Shown here: positions 13,701 through 27,867 of the stretch, in pieces
Position numbering within the stretch: position 1 is the stretch's first letter
How the letters are laid out: each line of letters begins with the position of its first letter
Position numbers and translations under genes: made by a program
The notes under the pieces: generated by a model
The model's database searches: none
The model's input: only the letters and a program-made list of their open reading frames with translations
What the model was told of the DNA's origin: nothing
Source of the DNA: Tubiluchus corallicola
Lineage: Eukaryota; Animalia; Priapulida
Assembly: GCA_030141605.1 (NCBI GenBank)
Contig: JAQGDQ010000210.1
Coordinates: 62,001 to 126,000, forward strand
DNA length: 64,000 bases
Direction of reading: 5' to 3'

Positions 13701-14689
13701 ACACAATAAATAGTTCGACTAAAAAGACCACAATTATAAAAAATATCGACAACCCTTTTTCGAGGAATTAAGAATTCTGCCTATGTTCTCTGGAAATTTT
13801 AATCTAAGTCCCTGTTTACATATCTACATGTTATAAATGGCGCAGACCATGTATAAATGCCTGCAAAATTGAACAATGACAATAGCTAGTGATGTCGCTA
13901 TCGGCTTTCTCTAACCGCAGTTCAACAAGATGCTTCCACAAGGTTTAAATCACAATCAAGAGTTCATGCATTATAATGGTAAAACATTAAAAAAACCGGG
14001 CAAACTTTCTCGCAATAGCGACGCCCACAACAATAAAGGAAACATCACTAGAGGGTCAACAATAAAACTTCACAAAAATGTTTTGAAGTTATTATCTACA
14101 GTAAACATCATCATATGTCGAAGAAACTCTGCCAGGTATTTATAGACTGCATATACATAAATAATAACCCCGGAGAATGTGCATTTATACTTTAGCATGG
14201 ATGCTTACTATGCCTATAAGTTCACGTCTGTATGCATCTTGATGCACAACTATAGGTAAATTATCAGAAATACAATTGAGAATGCGTAATGGACGTCGAT
14301 ATAAACAAGTTGCATGCATGAAATCTTGCTTAAAATTAGTCGATAACTTGAAATGTCCTAGTTCGTTAAATTTGCAAATTCAAATATGAAAAGTTGTACT
14401 ACACTTTTTCCAGACATTTTAAGCTGATAAAACTGTATCGCTGGATCAGTAGATAAGAAAACAAAGCAGAAATGTATCTGGTGCCGACAGTAAAAACAAA
14501 AAAACCCTGTGATGTCCTTACATCAAAGGCTGAGTTTAAAAGCAAAAAATCTAATTAAATAAAGCTAGCTACTTAAAAGCCATTAAACACAAACACCAAA
14601 ATGAACAAGAGATTAAACAAATTCACAACATATATTAAAGCAAAAAAAGAATTACACAATAAAATATTTCAATCTACATTAGGAGACAA

Positions 14690-14695
14690 TTTATT
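14690..14695 (-). terminator. candidate proximal poly(A) signal AATAAA
   Basis: About 270 nt after the stop codon, followed by U-rich sequence. Confidence 0.45.
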
Positions 14696-14966
14696 CTTTT
14701 CTAGAATGAGTAATTAGTACAACTACCTGTAATTTAAGAGGCCGTAAGACCCGTAAAGGCAGACAATCTCAATGAAACTATTGTAAATTTTTACGAAATG
14801 GCTTTCTAAATTGTCCACCAGATGGCAGCCCTAACTATGCGCTGGTGAATCCGTCTGAATTAAATCCATTCTATGTACACGCAGTAGCCTATATACATGG
14901 AAAACAACCTTTCCTATCACATTTCTAGTGCGAATGAGAAGTAGGTGAAGACTAGAGTTGAGGCAG

Positions 14967-15332
<366 letters not shown>

Positions 15333-15426
15333 TTAAGATAATAAAAAGCAAAAAAATGGAAAATAATAAGAACATAAAAAGAAAAACTGAAAAAAGAAAA
15401 TGTAATTTTACTGCCTAAACTGAATA

Positions 15427-15770
15427 CAGTCGACCCTCGTTAAACCGAACCCCGTTAGCCCGGATATCGGATAAGACGGACGTCATCTGTGGTAAAGGAA
15501 ACTGACCGATTTCCATCCGAGCCGGAGTGCTAAACACAACACGGCCTACCAACTGTACAATAATTTCTTTATCCTCACAGGTTAACTATTTTAAAGTAAT
15601 ATACAGTATGGTATATAGTGCACAGTATATAGTGCAATGTATATAGGCCTTATTAAGGTGATTATTCCTGTATAATATAGACCATATATAGGCATATCGG
15701 ATAAATCGGACAATCGGCTAAACCGGACCACCCACCCCCCCAATTAGTCCGGTTTAACGAGGGTCGACTG
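15427..15770. mobile_element. Tc1/mariner (pogo/Tigger-like) MITE in the last elav intron
   Basis: Perfect 21-bp TIR CAGTCGACCCTCGTTAAACCG with TA flanks. Confidence 0.92.
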
Positions 15771-16002
15771 TAATGTTAATTAGTTTATTCTAGTGTGTTT
15801 TCTGCAAAACAAGTCTTGGACACACAAAATAAACAATAAATGGACATTTTATTAAAAAGACTCGTTAGACTGTAGATGACTAGAGAGAGAATGAAATGCC
15901 TTTCGGAAAATAGGAGTAATTTGAAGACATTGGAGCAATAATACAATGTCAATGCTGTTCATTTTTCTGGTTTCCATTGGTCGATTAGCATTCAATGAAT
16001 TA

Positions 16003-16341
<339 letters not shown>

Positions 16342-17025
16342 TCAGTGACTAAAAAAATATTACTCTTATAAAAAAGAAATTTTGGATTCAGCAGGGTCAT
16401 CCCGATAAGAATGTTAACCGTTTCTAATAAATTTCTGAGGGAGAAAAACACCCAAGTGGACAGCACATCCTTAGTTCAGCAATATCAAGCCTGGCTAGTA
16501 AAAGGATGATGCGACCGGCGACTACATACCTCACTGTAAGAAGCGCACACATCCCAACAAAGACTAAGGCTATCTCTGCCAACAGCTCAGTTCCTTTATC
16601 ATAAAATATCTGCTTCACAATGAGTTAAATGGTAGTCCTGCTTGTGTATTGGACACCAAGCTGCAGTATGCATTTATGGAAGAAAATTTAACATTGTATA
16701 TATATTGTGACTGAAGCAAAATGGGTAGAAAAGAAGCAAAAGGGGTAGAAAAGAAGTCCTTGACTCCAGAAATGACCCTCAGTGTGCTGACCAACGCATA
16801 TTTTACATTCTACAGCTTTTTCTTTGTTTACTTGACGTATTTTGCAGTTATTTTTGAAACTAAAAACAGCGTTTTTTGGTTTAAATTTCCAAAAATTCAT
16901 TTTGTTCTGTATAAAGTACTGACCATTTTTTTATTTACTATTTCAACATCTCAGCAAATTGGAACCATCCGAAATTTAACTCTTATGACAACATGTTGCT
17001 GAGCACAAACAAGATTTTATTATTA

Positions 17026-17211
<186 letters not shown>

Positions 17212-17660
17212 CTAGAAAAAAACATAGACAGGCAATTACATATGGCTCCACCAAAATACTTCTTTTATATGTTTCAGTACAAACAGGAGAGCTTAAAAAA
17301 GTTGAAGCGATGATACACACTTGGTGGCATTTTCAATGGGCAAAATAAAATAAATTTCTTGTCAATCAAAGGCAATTATGAGTCTTTATGACCACGACTG
17401 GAAATGATTACACAGTTCAAGGACTGCACATTTTCAATCATCGGTTCTTTAATCATATCAAGGACGATTAACAACTGAATCGTTTTTAACTCTCGCAAAT
17501 AATTGAGAAAAATTTTCTGAGCAGAATATCAACTCGTACAAGTATGTAAGTAAGCAAGTAAGTCTGGATTACGAATACATCAGCTGTTTATTCACGTTTT
17601 CAGTTACATCATTCTAAATGCAGGTATTATATACTGGATTAGATTCTGAAAAGTAATTCA

Positions 17661-17870
<210 letters not shown>

Positions 17871-17973
17871 TTACAGACATGAAGTTCTCAATAGACACCT
17901 CGTAGCAGTGCTTAAAAGCGTAGGCATTTAACAGTTTCACATTTAATTTTATAATATTGCAATGATACAAAAT

Positions 17974-18467
17974 TTAAAGGGAAGAACAGGGAATTTTACA
18001 GTATATCCATCCCAAATAAACTTGCCATGTGAAGTTATATTACTTATCATTACGCTTACCTGTTTAAAACACATATGTAATAAAAAAAGTAAATTCTTAA
18101 TAATTTAAAATGTTTGTGCCACCAGGTGAGACACCACTCTATCGCCATCCCAGTATGCACCACTGATTCACCAAAAAACACATGGAATATGGATCTTAAT
18201 AACAATACAAGGTAATTTAAACTTCTGTTTAATTAGCAAAAAGTGTACTACGAATGCACTGATTATCTTTTCAAACTTTGGGCAATGTTGTCTAAACTTG
18301 TTTCAATTGACTTACTGACAAAATGATCACCGCAGAATTTAAATTTACAAGTTTTAAATTGTGTTATTACTGCCGCAAACTCTGTATGCAATAAGACAGT
18401 ACGCAAGTGATACAAAATCTCAAAACGAATTTTAAGTTTTATTTATGAACTGTTTCTTGTGCTTTAA
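17974..18467 (-). mobile_element. family A-related shorter variant, inverted (intronic)
   Basis: Ends TTAAAGGGAAGAA and TTTCTTGTGCTTTAA. The reverse complement contains the family A core GAAACAAGTTTAGACAACATTG. Confidence 0.75.
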
Positions 18468-21400
18468 ACAAATCAGCAAAGCGGCGAGCCATGGAAAGAC
18501 CTTGTCATTCTACAGAGCTCAGCTTATTCATTACAATTACTATCAATGTAAACTATTTAATGTTGCGCTAAAGTAGTTGCAACACAAGAGGTCATTGTTG
18601 CATGACTAAATCAGAAAATTAATAAATGCGAACTGAAATAAAAAAGGCGTAAAAAATGACTTCACACTGTCAATTAGTTTATCCTTTAAGTGTATGTGGT
18701 GTGCCAGTAAGTTTATTTTCGAAAAAGTTTCTTAGCAAAGGAATGTTTCACTAAAAATATGTATATGAGATAAGTTGTTCTAGAACAGACACTACTGAGA
18801 TGTTGCCGGCAGCGAAATGTCAGCCTGTCCTGGGCGTTTTGACAGCATCAGAAACACTACGTTTACCACTATCAAACGTCCTTGTTAAAAAGCTCACTTC
18901 AACAAAACAGCTAATACTTCAAGTACCCACAACCAGTTTACCTACATGTAAGCATCACTATTAGCTAAATTGACGGTGAAAAACGCTGCGAATGCGTTGG
19001 ATAAAACTCTCCCTGAATGGAACCTTAATAATGGGTTATTACCATGTGTGGTTAGTACTGGTATCCACTGTTTCGTGCTTTTAGAATTATGAAAAGTCAA
19101 TGGCTTGCTGTTATAATTGACAAAACTCTTAAAGAAATAATAAAAAAAAACGGAACAAGGCAAACCAGATGCAAAAACTGAAGTCGAATTTGATTTTTTT
19201 CGGCACCCAAGAGAGTGTGAAGCATAACATGTAATCAGGTTATTTCCCATTTGTAAACATTGTGTAATTTAAAGCAAGAATAACCATAAGAAACAAATAA
19301 ACCGAGCCTGTTTCAACCTCGCCTAAGAACAACAACAAAAAATGAAAAACTCAAATCTTTAACTGAAGTTACTTGTAAAGGTATTACAGCTATTACCTAT
19401 TATTACCTGTTACTAATTGGCTATTACAGCGTATAGATACAGATTCAATAGTATTTGACATGTTATGCACGAAGTTAGAAATTCTCAACCCTAAAAAATA
19501 AACCGTGTGACGCATTTAAGTCATTTAAATATGGAATCATCTTCTAATGTAAAGCAGCGTTAATACAATGATCGTACCACGCTTTATACCAGGCCACATG
19601 TCTTCAAGGTACTTTTCATCACGGAGAATCAAATAGATGACTGACTAATTACTAATTACAAACAAGTCAAACGACTTTGTAATTAACCTGCATGAGCCAG
19701 CTGAAAACACCATTAATATTGTAAGTGGTCAATAATAAATGACGCTCGATGATGAGTTAATCTATAAAGTGTTGCTTTAGACTGGCAGCTTTCACAGCAA
19801 TTCGCACGTTTTGAGCCACGTCTTCGATAAAGAATTCCCACGTCGTTCAGGTTGCCAACTGGATTCATAATTCTGTGATTTTACACGGAGAAGAACAAGA
19901 GGGGTGATAAAAACCAAATAACTGCACAATCATAAAAAATAGTCTGCAACGATGGCAGCTTCAAGTGTCTCAGTCAACCATGAGTACTGTTTAATATGTG
20001 AATAATGATAATGAAAATAACAGCTCTCACTTATTTTTGGAATAAAATATCAGTTTGTCATTGATTTTACGCAATTTATGGGATTTCCAACAATCAAAAT
20101 CTCTTTAGATAGGCACACTGCACACTGAAGAAATATATCATAATCGCAACAACAACAACAGTGACAGAAAAGAAGTACTCAAAGTCAACCTTGGTATTTT
20201 ACTTGAAACGCCAGAAACTGCTGTACCGTCAGCCTATTAGGAGGATTAACAGCAAAACTGACAAGCGACGCCACGATTCAATAATCGTTATCGACTAAAA
20301 AGATGATTATCGCGTAAACTTTTCCGCAAAGAAAAACAGAAATCCCGTGAAAATTTCACTTTGCCAAGGTTCATCTTAACTGTAAACACCAATAAGAAGT
20401 AGAAAGAAAAAATGACAAGACAAACAAAGAACTGAAGGTCAAAACGGGCAACTTTAAAGTGACTAATAAAGTTATAAAGCTACTACATTGTGTACAAAAA
20501 GGTCGGAAAGTACATTTACCAAGTTTTTGTTTGTGTCGTCTGAATCGCGCCAAAAATTCGTTCCACAAAAGTTTAACATCCTCATGTCAAGTTACTCACA
20601 AGCATAATAGTGGTTGTATTGGCTGTTGGTCTATATCTGCTAATTTTGGGGATGGACTTATTTTCAAATGTATAAAAAATAACCCCTAAGAAGCTGATAA
20701 GTGCTATACAAAAAAAATGCATGAGCTAATTAACTTAACTAAGATGGATACACCGTCCACATACATAACTTTTCTAAAGAACTTGGCTATATTCAATTGA
20801 TGTACAGGTTCATTATCTAACTTATTAACCTTTGGATATGCATAACTCTTTTCCCGTTATGATTCCTTAAATTTTGCTTAAATGTTAATATTTCGCATAA
20901 ATTTGAGTTGTCTTTCATAATTTCTCAACCAACCACCGCATATCCAGCTATCTTCAAATAAGGACAGCGTGAAGAGGACCCAATGTTCGTGTGACGTCTC
21001 ACAATTTGGCAGTTTTTCTATTTTGTTGTTAGATTAGATTAGTTTATTTCAGCATAAAGCCATACAAAAAACCTTAAAACATTACACCACACTACAATAA
21101 AAGTTACACTAAAATACTACTATACATTCAGTAAACAAGTATGCGCAGCTATCACGTTCAACGATTCTTATTTACAAATAGACTTTTGTTTCACATTTTA
21201 AAATAACAAGATTGTATGATCCTCGTACAGATTTGACGGTACTTAGGAGATATTTATTGTTCACAAGTTCTAATAATCGTTTTTTATACTGTAACTGGCT
21301 TTCCTGCAAAGGTGCGAAAAATGTAGCAAAGTTAGATTTGCACACACGCCAGAAGCAATAAAATCATATGGTAATTTAAAACAGCTTCCTGGTTCCGTTG

Positions 21401-21636
21401 TTATACGCAGCACGTATTTTGTTAAAGAAGGTACTGTCAAATTTCGTCCATAATGATATACAATAAAAATTACAAAAATAACTCTTAAAAAGATGTAATT
21501 TAACATCGAGGGAACACAACGAGAATTTTCTAATTAATGAATTAATACGTTGTCTGTCATATTCTGTATGTTTACTATGTATAAAAAAGCGTAGAACTTT
21601 AGAATCTTTATAACTTTATCCAAATTAACTATAAAT

Positions 21637-22100
21637 TGATAATGATAAATCTTAATTTGCACAATATACATGCAAAGCCTCTGTTTGCGGGCCGATAATT
21701 CTGCACTGTATCAATATGAGAATATATACAACACGATCAATTATAATTATGTCCTTAATGCATGTACCACAAACTTGCTTATAAAACATTTTAGCAATTA
21801 TAATAATTAAGGTCCACAATTACAGAATTCATTCACTGGGATTATTTAGATTACACTATTAGGAAAGTATTAAAATGACAAACTTTTCTACATGCACGAT
21901 TTACTTTCAAATATATAAGAACAAGGACTTTTGCTAAAATTTACGATAAAACCAGGATAAATTTTGCCTGATACACAATATGTATATAAATATATATACA
22001 TATGCGTGCGTGAGCTAAAATTTATATTGTATTATGTATTTAACCCTTTTATATCCCTTACGGAAATCAATTACGGACGAAAGTGGTACTTGATAACTGA
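21637..22100 (-). mobile_element. same LINE-3'-like repeat, copy 2
   Basis: Reverse complement matches 5222-5572, for example GTGCAGAATTATCGGCC and GTTTTATAAGCAAGTTT. Confidence 0.65.
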
Positions 22101-22597
22101 TCAGATGAATATATTACAATAAGCACCCCTGTGTTCAAAGACACAGGAACTACGCGGTATCACACGAACAGTTCTCCTAACGAAATTTTAATTAGAGGCT
22201 CAGTGGGCAATTTATTCGCAAGGAAAAAGCTACCGGTAACTTATTTGGCGAGATGAAGCACATCAATAAGCCCAGATCTACAGAAGAAAAACGATCTAAT
22301 CCTCTCCAGAGATTTTGCGGAAATTACACAGCGTCATTTAGACACCAGTAAACCACTTATTTGCTACACAGAGATTTCATAAAAGCGATAGAAAGCTTAG
22401 AGCTTTGTATGCCATTATTCCCGTAAGAACGGTAAGTCCAGCATATTACAACTTTAATAAATTCTCTTCAAGAAATTTTACAAGAGGGAACATTCTTCAA
22501 CGTTTCCCATGTCTTCTCTGCTTTTAGAACAAGTTGCACTTCAGAAAGTCTTTGTTTTCTTATTGTCTACCCACGAAGTTCGAGAAGTATAGGAACT

Positions 22598-23602
22598 ATG
22601 TCAGCAGCTACAGGACTAAGAAGCAGGCTACGCCAGCGGCTACAGGGCTAAGAAGCAAGCTAGGCCAGCAGGTAAAGGGCAAAGAAACAGGCTACGTCAG
22701 CGGGTAAAGGCAAAGAAACAGGCTACGTCAGCGGGTAAAGGGCTAAGGAACAGTCTACGTCTGCGGTAAAGAGCAAAGAAACAGGCTAGGTCAGCGGGTA
22801 AAAGACAAGAAACAGGCTAGGTCAACGGGTAAAGGACAAAGAAACAGGCTACGTCAGCGGGTAAAGGGCTAAGAAACAGGCTAGGCCAGCAGGTAAAGGG
22901 CAAAGAAACAGGCTAGGTCAGCGGGTAAAAGACAAGAAACAGGCTAGGTCAACGGGTAAAGGACAAAGAAACAGGCTACGTCAGCGGGTAAAGGGCTAAG
23001 AAACAGGCTAGGCCAGCAGGTAAAGGGCAAAGAAACAGGCTAGGTCAGCGGGTAAAAGACAAGAAACAGGCTAGGTCAACGGGTAAAGGACAAAGAAACA
23101 GGCTACGTCAGCGGGTAAAGGGCAAAGAAACAGGCTAGGTCAGTGGGTAAAGGGCTAAGGAACAGTCTACGTCTGCAGTAAAGAGCAAAGAAACAGGCTA
23201 GGTCAGCGGGTAAAGGGCTAAGAAACAGGCTAGGTCAGCGGGTAAAGGGCAAAGAAACAGTCTACGTCTGCGGTAAAGAGCAAAGAAACAGGCTAGGTCA
23301 GCGGTTAAAGGGCTAAGAAGCAGGCTACGTCAGCGGGTAAAGGACAAAAAAACAGTCTACGTCAGCGGGTAAAGAGCAAAGAAACAGGCTAGGTCAGCGG
23401 GTAAAGGGCTAAGGAACAGTCTACGTCTGCGGTAAAGAGCAAAGAAACAGGCTAGGTCAGCGGGTAAAGGGCAAAGAAACAGGCTAGGTCAGCGGGTAAA
23501 GGGCAAAGAAACAGGCTAGGTCAGCGGGTAAAAGACAAGAAACAGGCTAGGTCAGCGGGTAAAGGGCAAAGAAACAGGCTACGCCTGCGGTAAAGAGCTA
23601 AG
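22598..23602. repeat. 32-bp minisatellite, about 31 units (AAGAAACAGGCTAGGTCAGCGGGTAAAGGGCA)
   Basis: Directly visible tandem array with a 127-bp higher-order unit starting at 22801, 22928 and 23055. Confidence 0.97.
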
Positions 23603-23639
23603 CCGACACTTTTGTGTAGGAGATAGGTCGTGAATTACA

Positions 23640-24250
23640 GGAAAAAAGCGAGAAAACGCTTATCATTAGGAGATCATTTGCAGTAAAACATTAAATTAAC
23701 AATAATTTTGACAAGCCAGGTTATAATCAGGGCTATTTGAGAGAATGCATCAACAAATTACAGCATCTGCAGTGTACACTTAACTTGCCGCAATGCTTTG
23801 GGTTTTTGGAACATGACTTCCCACATGTTCTAGACGCAATTCCACAACCTTGACCTTCCAGAATTCAAGAGTCAAAACGACGCTAATAACTCCCTGAAAG
23901 CTTTTGCCGCCAGCAAGATTTATAATCTGAAGACCAGTTTTGAAATACCTGGTGCACGGTCAGATTTGTTAAATCTGTACTGTAAGTTCCCTTCAGAGCA
24001 CTGAGGCCACCATAACAATGAATATTAGTGAAACACGCTGAGCATTTAGCAGGGTTAAATTGCAATTTTCGGGTTAAAACCTGGGACTAAAATTGCTGTT
24101 CAGCTACATAACAAATATGCAAGCTTCAAAAATTCGACAGACTGCAAACTGTAATTCACTAATCAGTCAACTGTTGTGGCGGGCACGGAATCTAGCCCTT
24201 CATCAAGGCTACTCATTTAAGATGAAACACTGAACCGAAGACGAGTGCTC
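23640..24250 (-). pseudogene. possible decayed LINE RT fragment
   Basis: LQFNPAKC resembles the LxFNxxKC RT motif. Otherwise heavily disrupted. Confidence 0.3.
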
Positions 24251-25314
24251 ACAACGAGTACTGAACACCGGTGGTGACTTATCCATTCACTAGCCAGCTT
24301 TAACATTGCTTAGCTTTGCTAGTTAAGCACACACTGTGCCCATTTCGCTATTTTTACTTGCCCTAGCAAATTGGCAGAGGCCAGTGAAAACGTTCGGGGA
24401 CTTCTGAGAAGTGAGACAGGCGCACCGGCAAATGGATCAACATGTTGAATGCACATGTACAAGTCAAGTCTACACATTAGAATTTTGAAAGTTTTACTTG
24501 AACAGTAATAAGCCTTTTCACAGTTCCAACGATTGATGATGATACTGAAAAGGTCAAAGCCTATGTATACCAGACAATGCATTTGTGTACACTTGACAAT
24601 AGTAATTGAAAAAAGGAACGAATGCTAGCTATAGAACCTTAGCTAGTTCATTTTTTCTTGTTCCCAAGGAATATCTCACACAGACCAATGCATAATTAAG
24701 TAAAGTCCACATAAAACAACAGATGGTACTCAACTGGGCTTTGCTTTACAGACATGTCACGTGACGGTTGTAGCTAAGACGCGTTGCTGTGGTACACTTA
24801 ACCTTTGACCTACAATAACTGCGCGTGCGCACAACGAAACTGAGAAAAGGCTTATTAGCCCTTACCGCAGCAGACAAAAATAGCTTTTTTTCGTATTTTT
24901 AGCCATTGTGCTAGATACATTCACAGGATTAAAACACTATGCCCATGTTTGTTACCCCTATCGTAAGCCTTACGACTTGCAAGAATATTTACAGCAAAAT
25001 CAATTACACGTGAAAAGGCATAAAACTTCATTCGCATTCAGTAACCTGCATTTAGTAATCATTGGGGAGGCAAGTAATCCAGCAATAAAAACGTCAAAAG
25101 CTTTAGGCTGCTCATAAACAAATACTACTAATATTCGCTAAGATCTCTTGTTGGCAAGGTATTAGCAAAGCAAAAATCACCAAGTTTAGAATTCTGACGA
25201 AAATCTAAAAGTTTCTTGAAACATTACTCTATAGAGACAAACCTATGTTTTCATTACAATTAAAATTTTGTATCACGTATAGACACTAAATTGCCCACTC
25301 TGCTGTGCATTCAC

Positions 25315-25912
25315 TTAAAGTAAAACCGGACCCAATCCTAAACTGTAGCTCAAAACAATCTACTCTTCAAAATACTAAAAGGAAACATACTATTTTTTTC
25401 AAAAATGACTAAGTCTAAAAAATTATTATCACACAAACGCAATTTCGCGTTCGCGCTACTAGCTCTTCGCTGTTACACGCACTTCGCTAGTGAGACGGGC
25501 TCTACCGCCTGCATTTCAGAAACGCGTTGCACAAAAACAGGTGCTGTACCTCTCAGTTCAGATGTGTTAGTTTGTGACGTTCTCCAGCTCATGCGTGAGC
25601 ACAGTAAATTCGAAATTTGCACTTTTATCATAAAACTTGCCTAATTTTAGTACAACACACCGAATATCTTACAGTAGCACTGTACTCCAATTTTCGCTTT
25701 CGCAAACACGTGCAACACGCTCGTGGAACATTTTTGCTGTTGAAAATTATGTTAGTTTGTGATGTTATCAAAAGTTGGGCTCGCCCACCGTTAAGTTTTT
25801 TAATCTATTATTTAATTATCAGAAACACTTTTACAGCATTGTGTAAAAATATATACTTTTATCCGACTTGAAAATGGGGTAGTATATGAAAAATCATCCT
25901 GTCTTCATTTAA
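25315..25912 (+). mobile_element. Kolobok-like MITE family B, full copy (intronic)
   Basis: TTAA AGTAAAACCGGA ... TCCTGTCTTCAT TTAA. Confidence 0.85.
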
Positions 25913-27190
25913 TCAAGAAGCATAGATCATGAAAAAGTGTAGCATGAACTTCAACATTACCGACTTAAACAGGTTCCAGTATAGAGAATAACTGGAGCGA
26001 ATAACAGTGTAAAATGAAAAGGCTATACATTATTATATTGTGTAATTTATTCATCTATCGTTTCTAATTTCCTTTTCCAAAGTAACATTACACTTTCAGA
26101 AACCCTACAGGTAGATGATTGCAAAAAGATGAATGTATTAGCAAAAAATTTAAATATATGCAATATACTATTACTAAAGCACGACAGGTGGTAGATGCTT
26201 TTAGCGGTTTCCGCATTGAATTCCTAGAAGATATTATTGATGCAATTTAAAAGTGAACAGAAATGTGAAAATGTCCAGATACGACAATAAGAGACGATGC
26301 AACTTATAACTACAGTATAATGTTGGGAAAACACGAATCAATTGTAAAAATTTCTGCTCTAATCCAAATAAACTGCATGTTTAAGCTAATGTGTTGAGTA
26401 TTTGAAGTTTGAAATCCTTTACGCCTTTGCAGTAATAACTTTTAGGCAATGGACTTGTATTTGTAGGTTGAGCTGAAGTATGCTGAATGTAGTACAAAAT
26501 GAATTAGTTGTTACAAATAAAACAAATACACACACTCCAGTCATTAGAATTTTAGTCCAAAAACAGGAATTACAGAAAAAATGTACAAAGTGAAACAGAA
26601 ACAAAACATGAAATAAGACAAGAACAAGGCAAAACAGATATCTTTATAGCCATATCCGCTTAGTGACACCTTAAAATTAACCAAGCCAACCACTATTCCC
26701 CGAAAACAACCTTTCCACCTCTCCTACAAGCAGACCAACCACTTCTGATTCCAGAACTTTCTAAACATAGTTCATCCTGATCACAGAACGTATTACCATC
26801 ACGAAATTAACGACTGAATCAAAAAGAAAAAGCTGGAGGAGGAAGAGGGAGGAAGTCGTAATTAGACAGTTTAGCCGCAAGATGAGGACACTTGACCCCA
26901 AGCGGAACTGCGCTTTGATCACCCCCGACTCCAATATATGAGCTTCAGGTCATGGGATCAATTAAAAATGAGGAAATTGAATACAACACTACATTGTGTA
27001 ATTTATTACCAATACCAGCACACGTCGGGGATGAAGGAAGATGAAATTAATCGCAAATAATTACATAACGGATGGAAACGATACAAGAGTGCTGGCGCCA
27101 GCTTTTCATTATCATCTGCTATCACACTGCGTAATTAGAAAGAGCTTCATTACACAATCATTCAATGCTTATTTTAGAATAAGATTACCT

Positions 27191-27867
27191 TTAAAGCACA
27201 CGAGAACCGTCCCTAACATAAAGCTTATTTGAAATTTTATATTACTTACATACTGCTTTTTGGTATACAGGACTTCAATCAGCAGTCACGCTGTATAAAA
27301 CATGTGAATTCAAACTCCCGCGATGACCGTTAGATGCAGCCATTTTGATGACAGCTCATTTAAAACAAGTTTAGATAACAGTGTGTAAACTTTGAAAAAA
27401 CAATCAGAGCATTCGTAGTGCACAGGACACTAACTGAGAAAATTTTTAAATTACTATATCTTGTCAATAAGATTAAAAATACGTTTTCCGGTTAGTGAGT
27501 AGTGTGCCCTGAAGGGTGAGCCAACGACATTTTACCAATTGGTGAAAACATTTTAAATAATTAAAAGTCTCTTTTCTAGTTACATAAATCTTTCCAGCAG
27601 GCAAGCGAAAAGCTAAGTAATATAGATTTGCATAGAAAGTTTTTGTGACATAATTTAACATTTACATTTTTCCTCTGATTTACGTTTGCATAGTGACGTC
27701 ATGTAATGGCGACTTCGGAACAGTATTGCGGGAGATTTAAAATGAAGACAAACAAAAATTCTTTTCAATGCGAGTGCGATATATACATAAAATTGCTATA
27801 AAGTAATATAATTTTTAAGGCGATTTTTCTGAAACCTACTTCAGATTCCCCTTTTCTTGCCCTTTAA
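27191..27867 (+). mobile_element. Kolobok-like MITE family A, copy 3 (intronic)
   Basis: TTAA AGCACACGAGAA ... TTTTCTTGCCCT TTAA, with the same internal sequence as copies 1 and 2. Confidence 0.88.

Larger units (their letters stand above)
10720..14966 (-). other. elav: probable long elav 3'UTR (up to about 4.2 kb)
   Basis: U-rich on the sense strand, with no copies of the MITE families noticed. AATAAA at 14690-14695 and 10733-10738, each followed by U/GU-rich sequence. Confidence 0.5.

Noticed and set aside
22598-23602. CRISPR-like or coding interpretation of the 32-bp array
   Set aside because: No unique spacers, no cas genes, eukaryotic intron context, and the unit length is not a multiple of 3.
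24866-24906. ATG-initiated mini exon with GTAAGG donor
   Set aside because: Ends in phase 2, incompatible with the next elav exon (phase 1), and has no other support.
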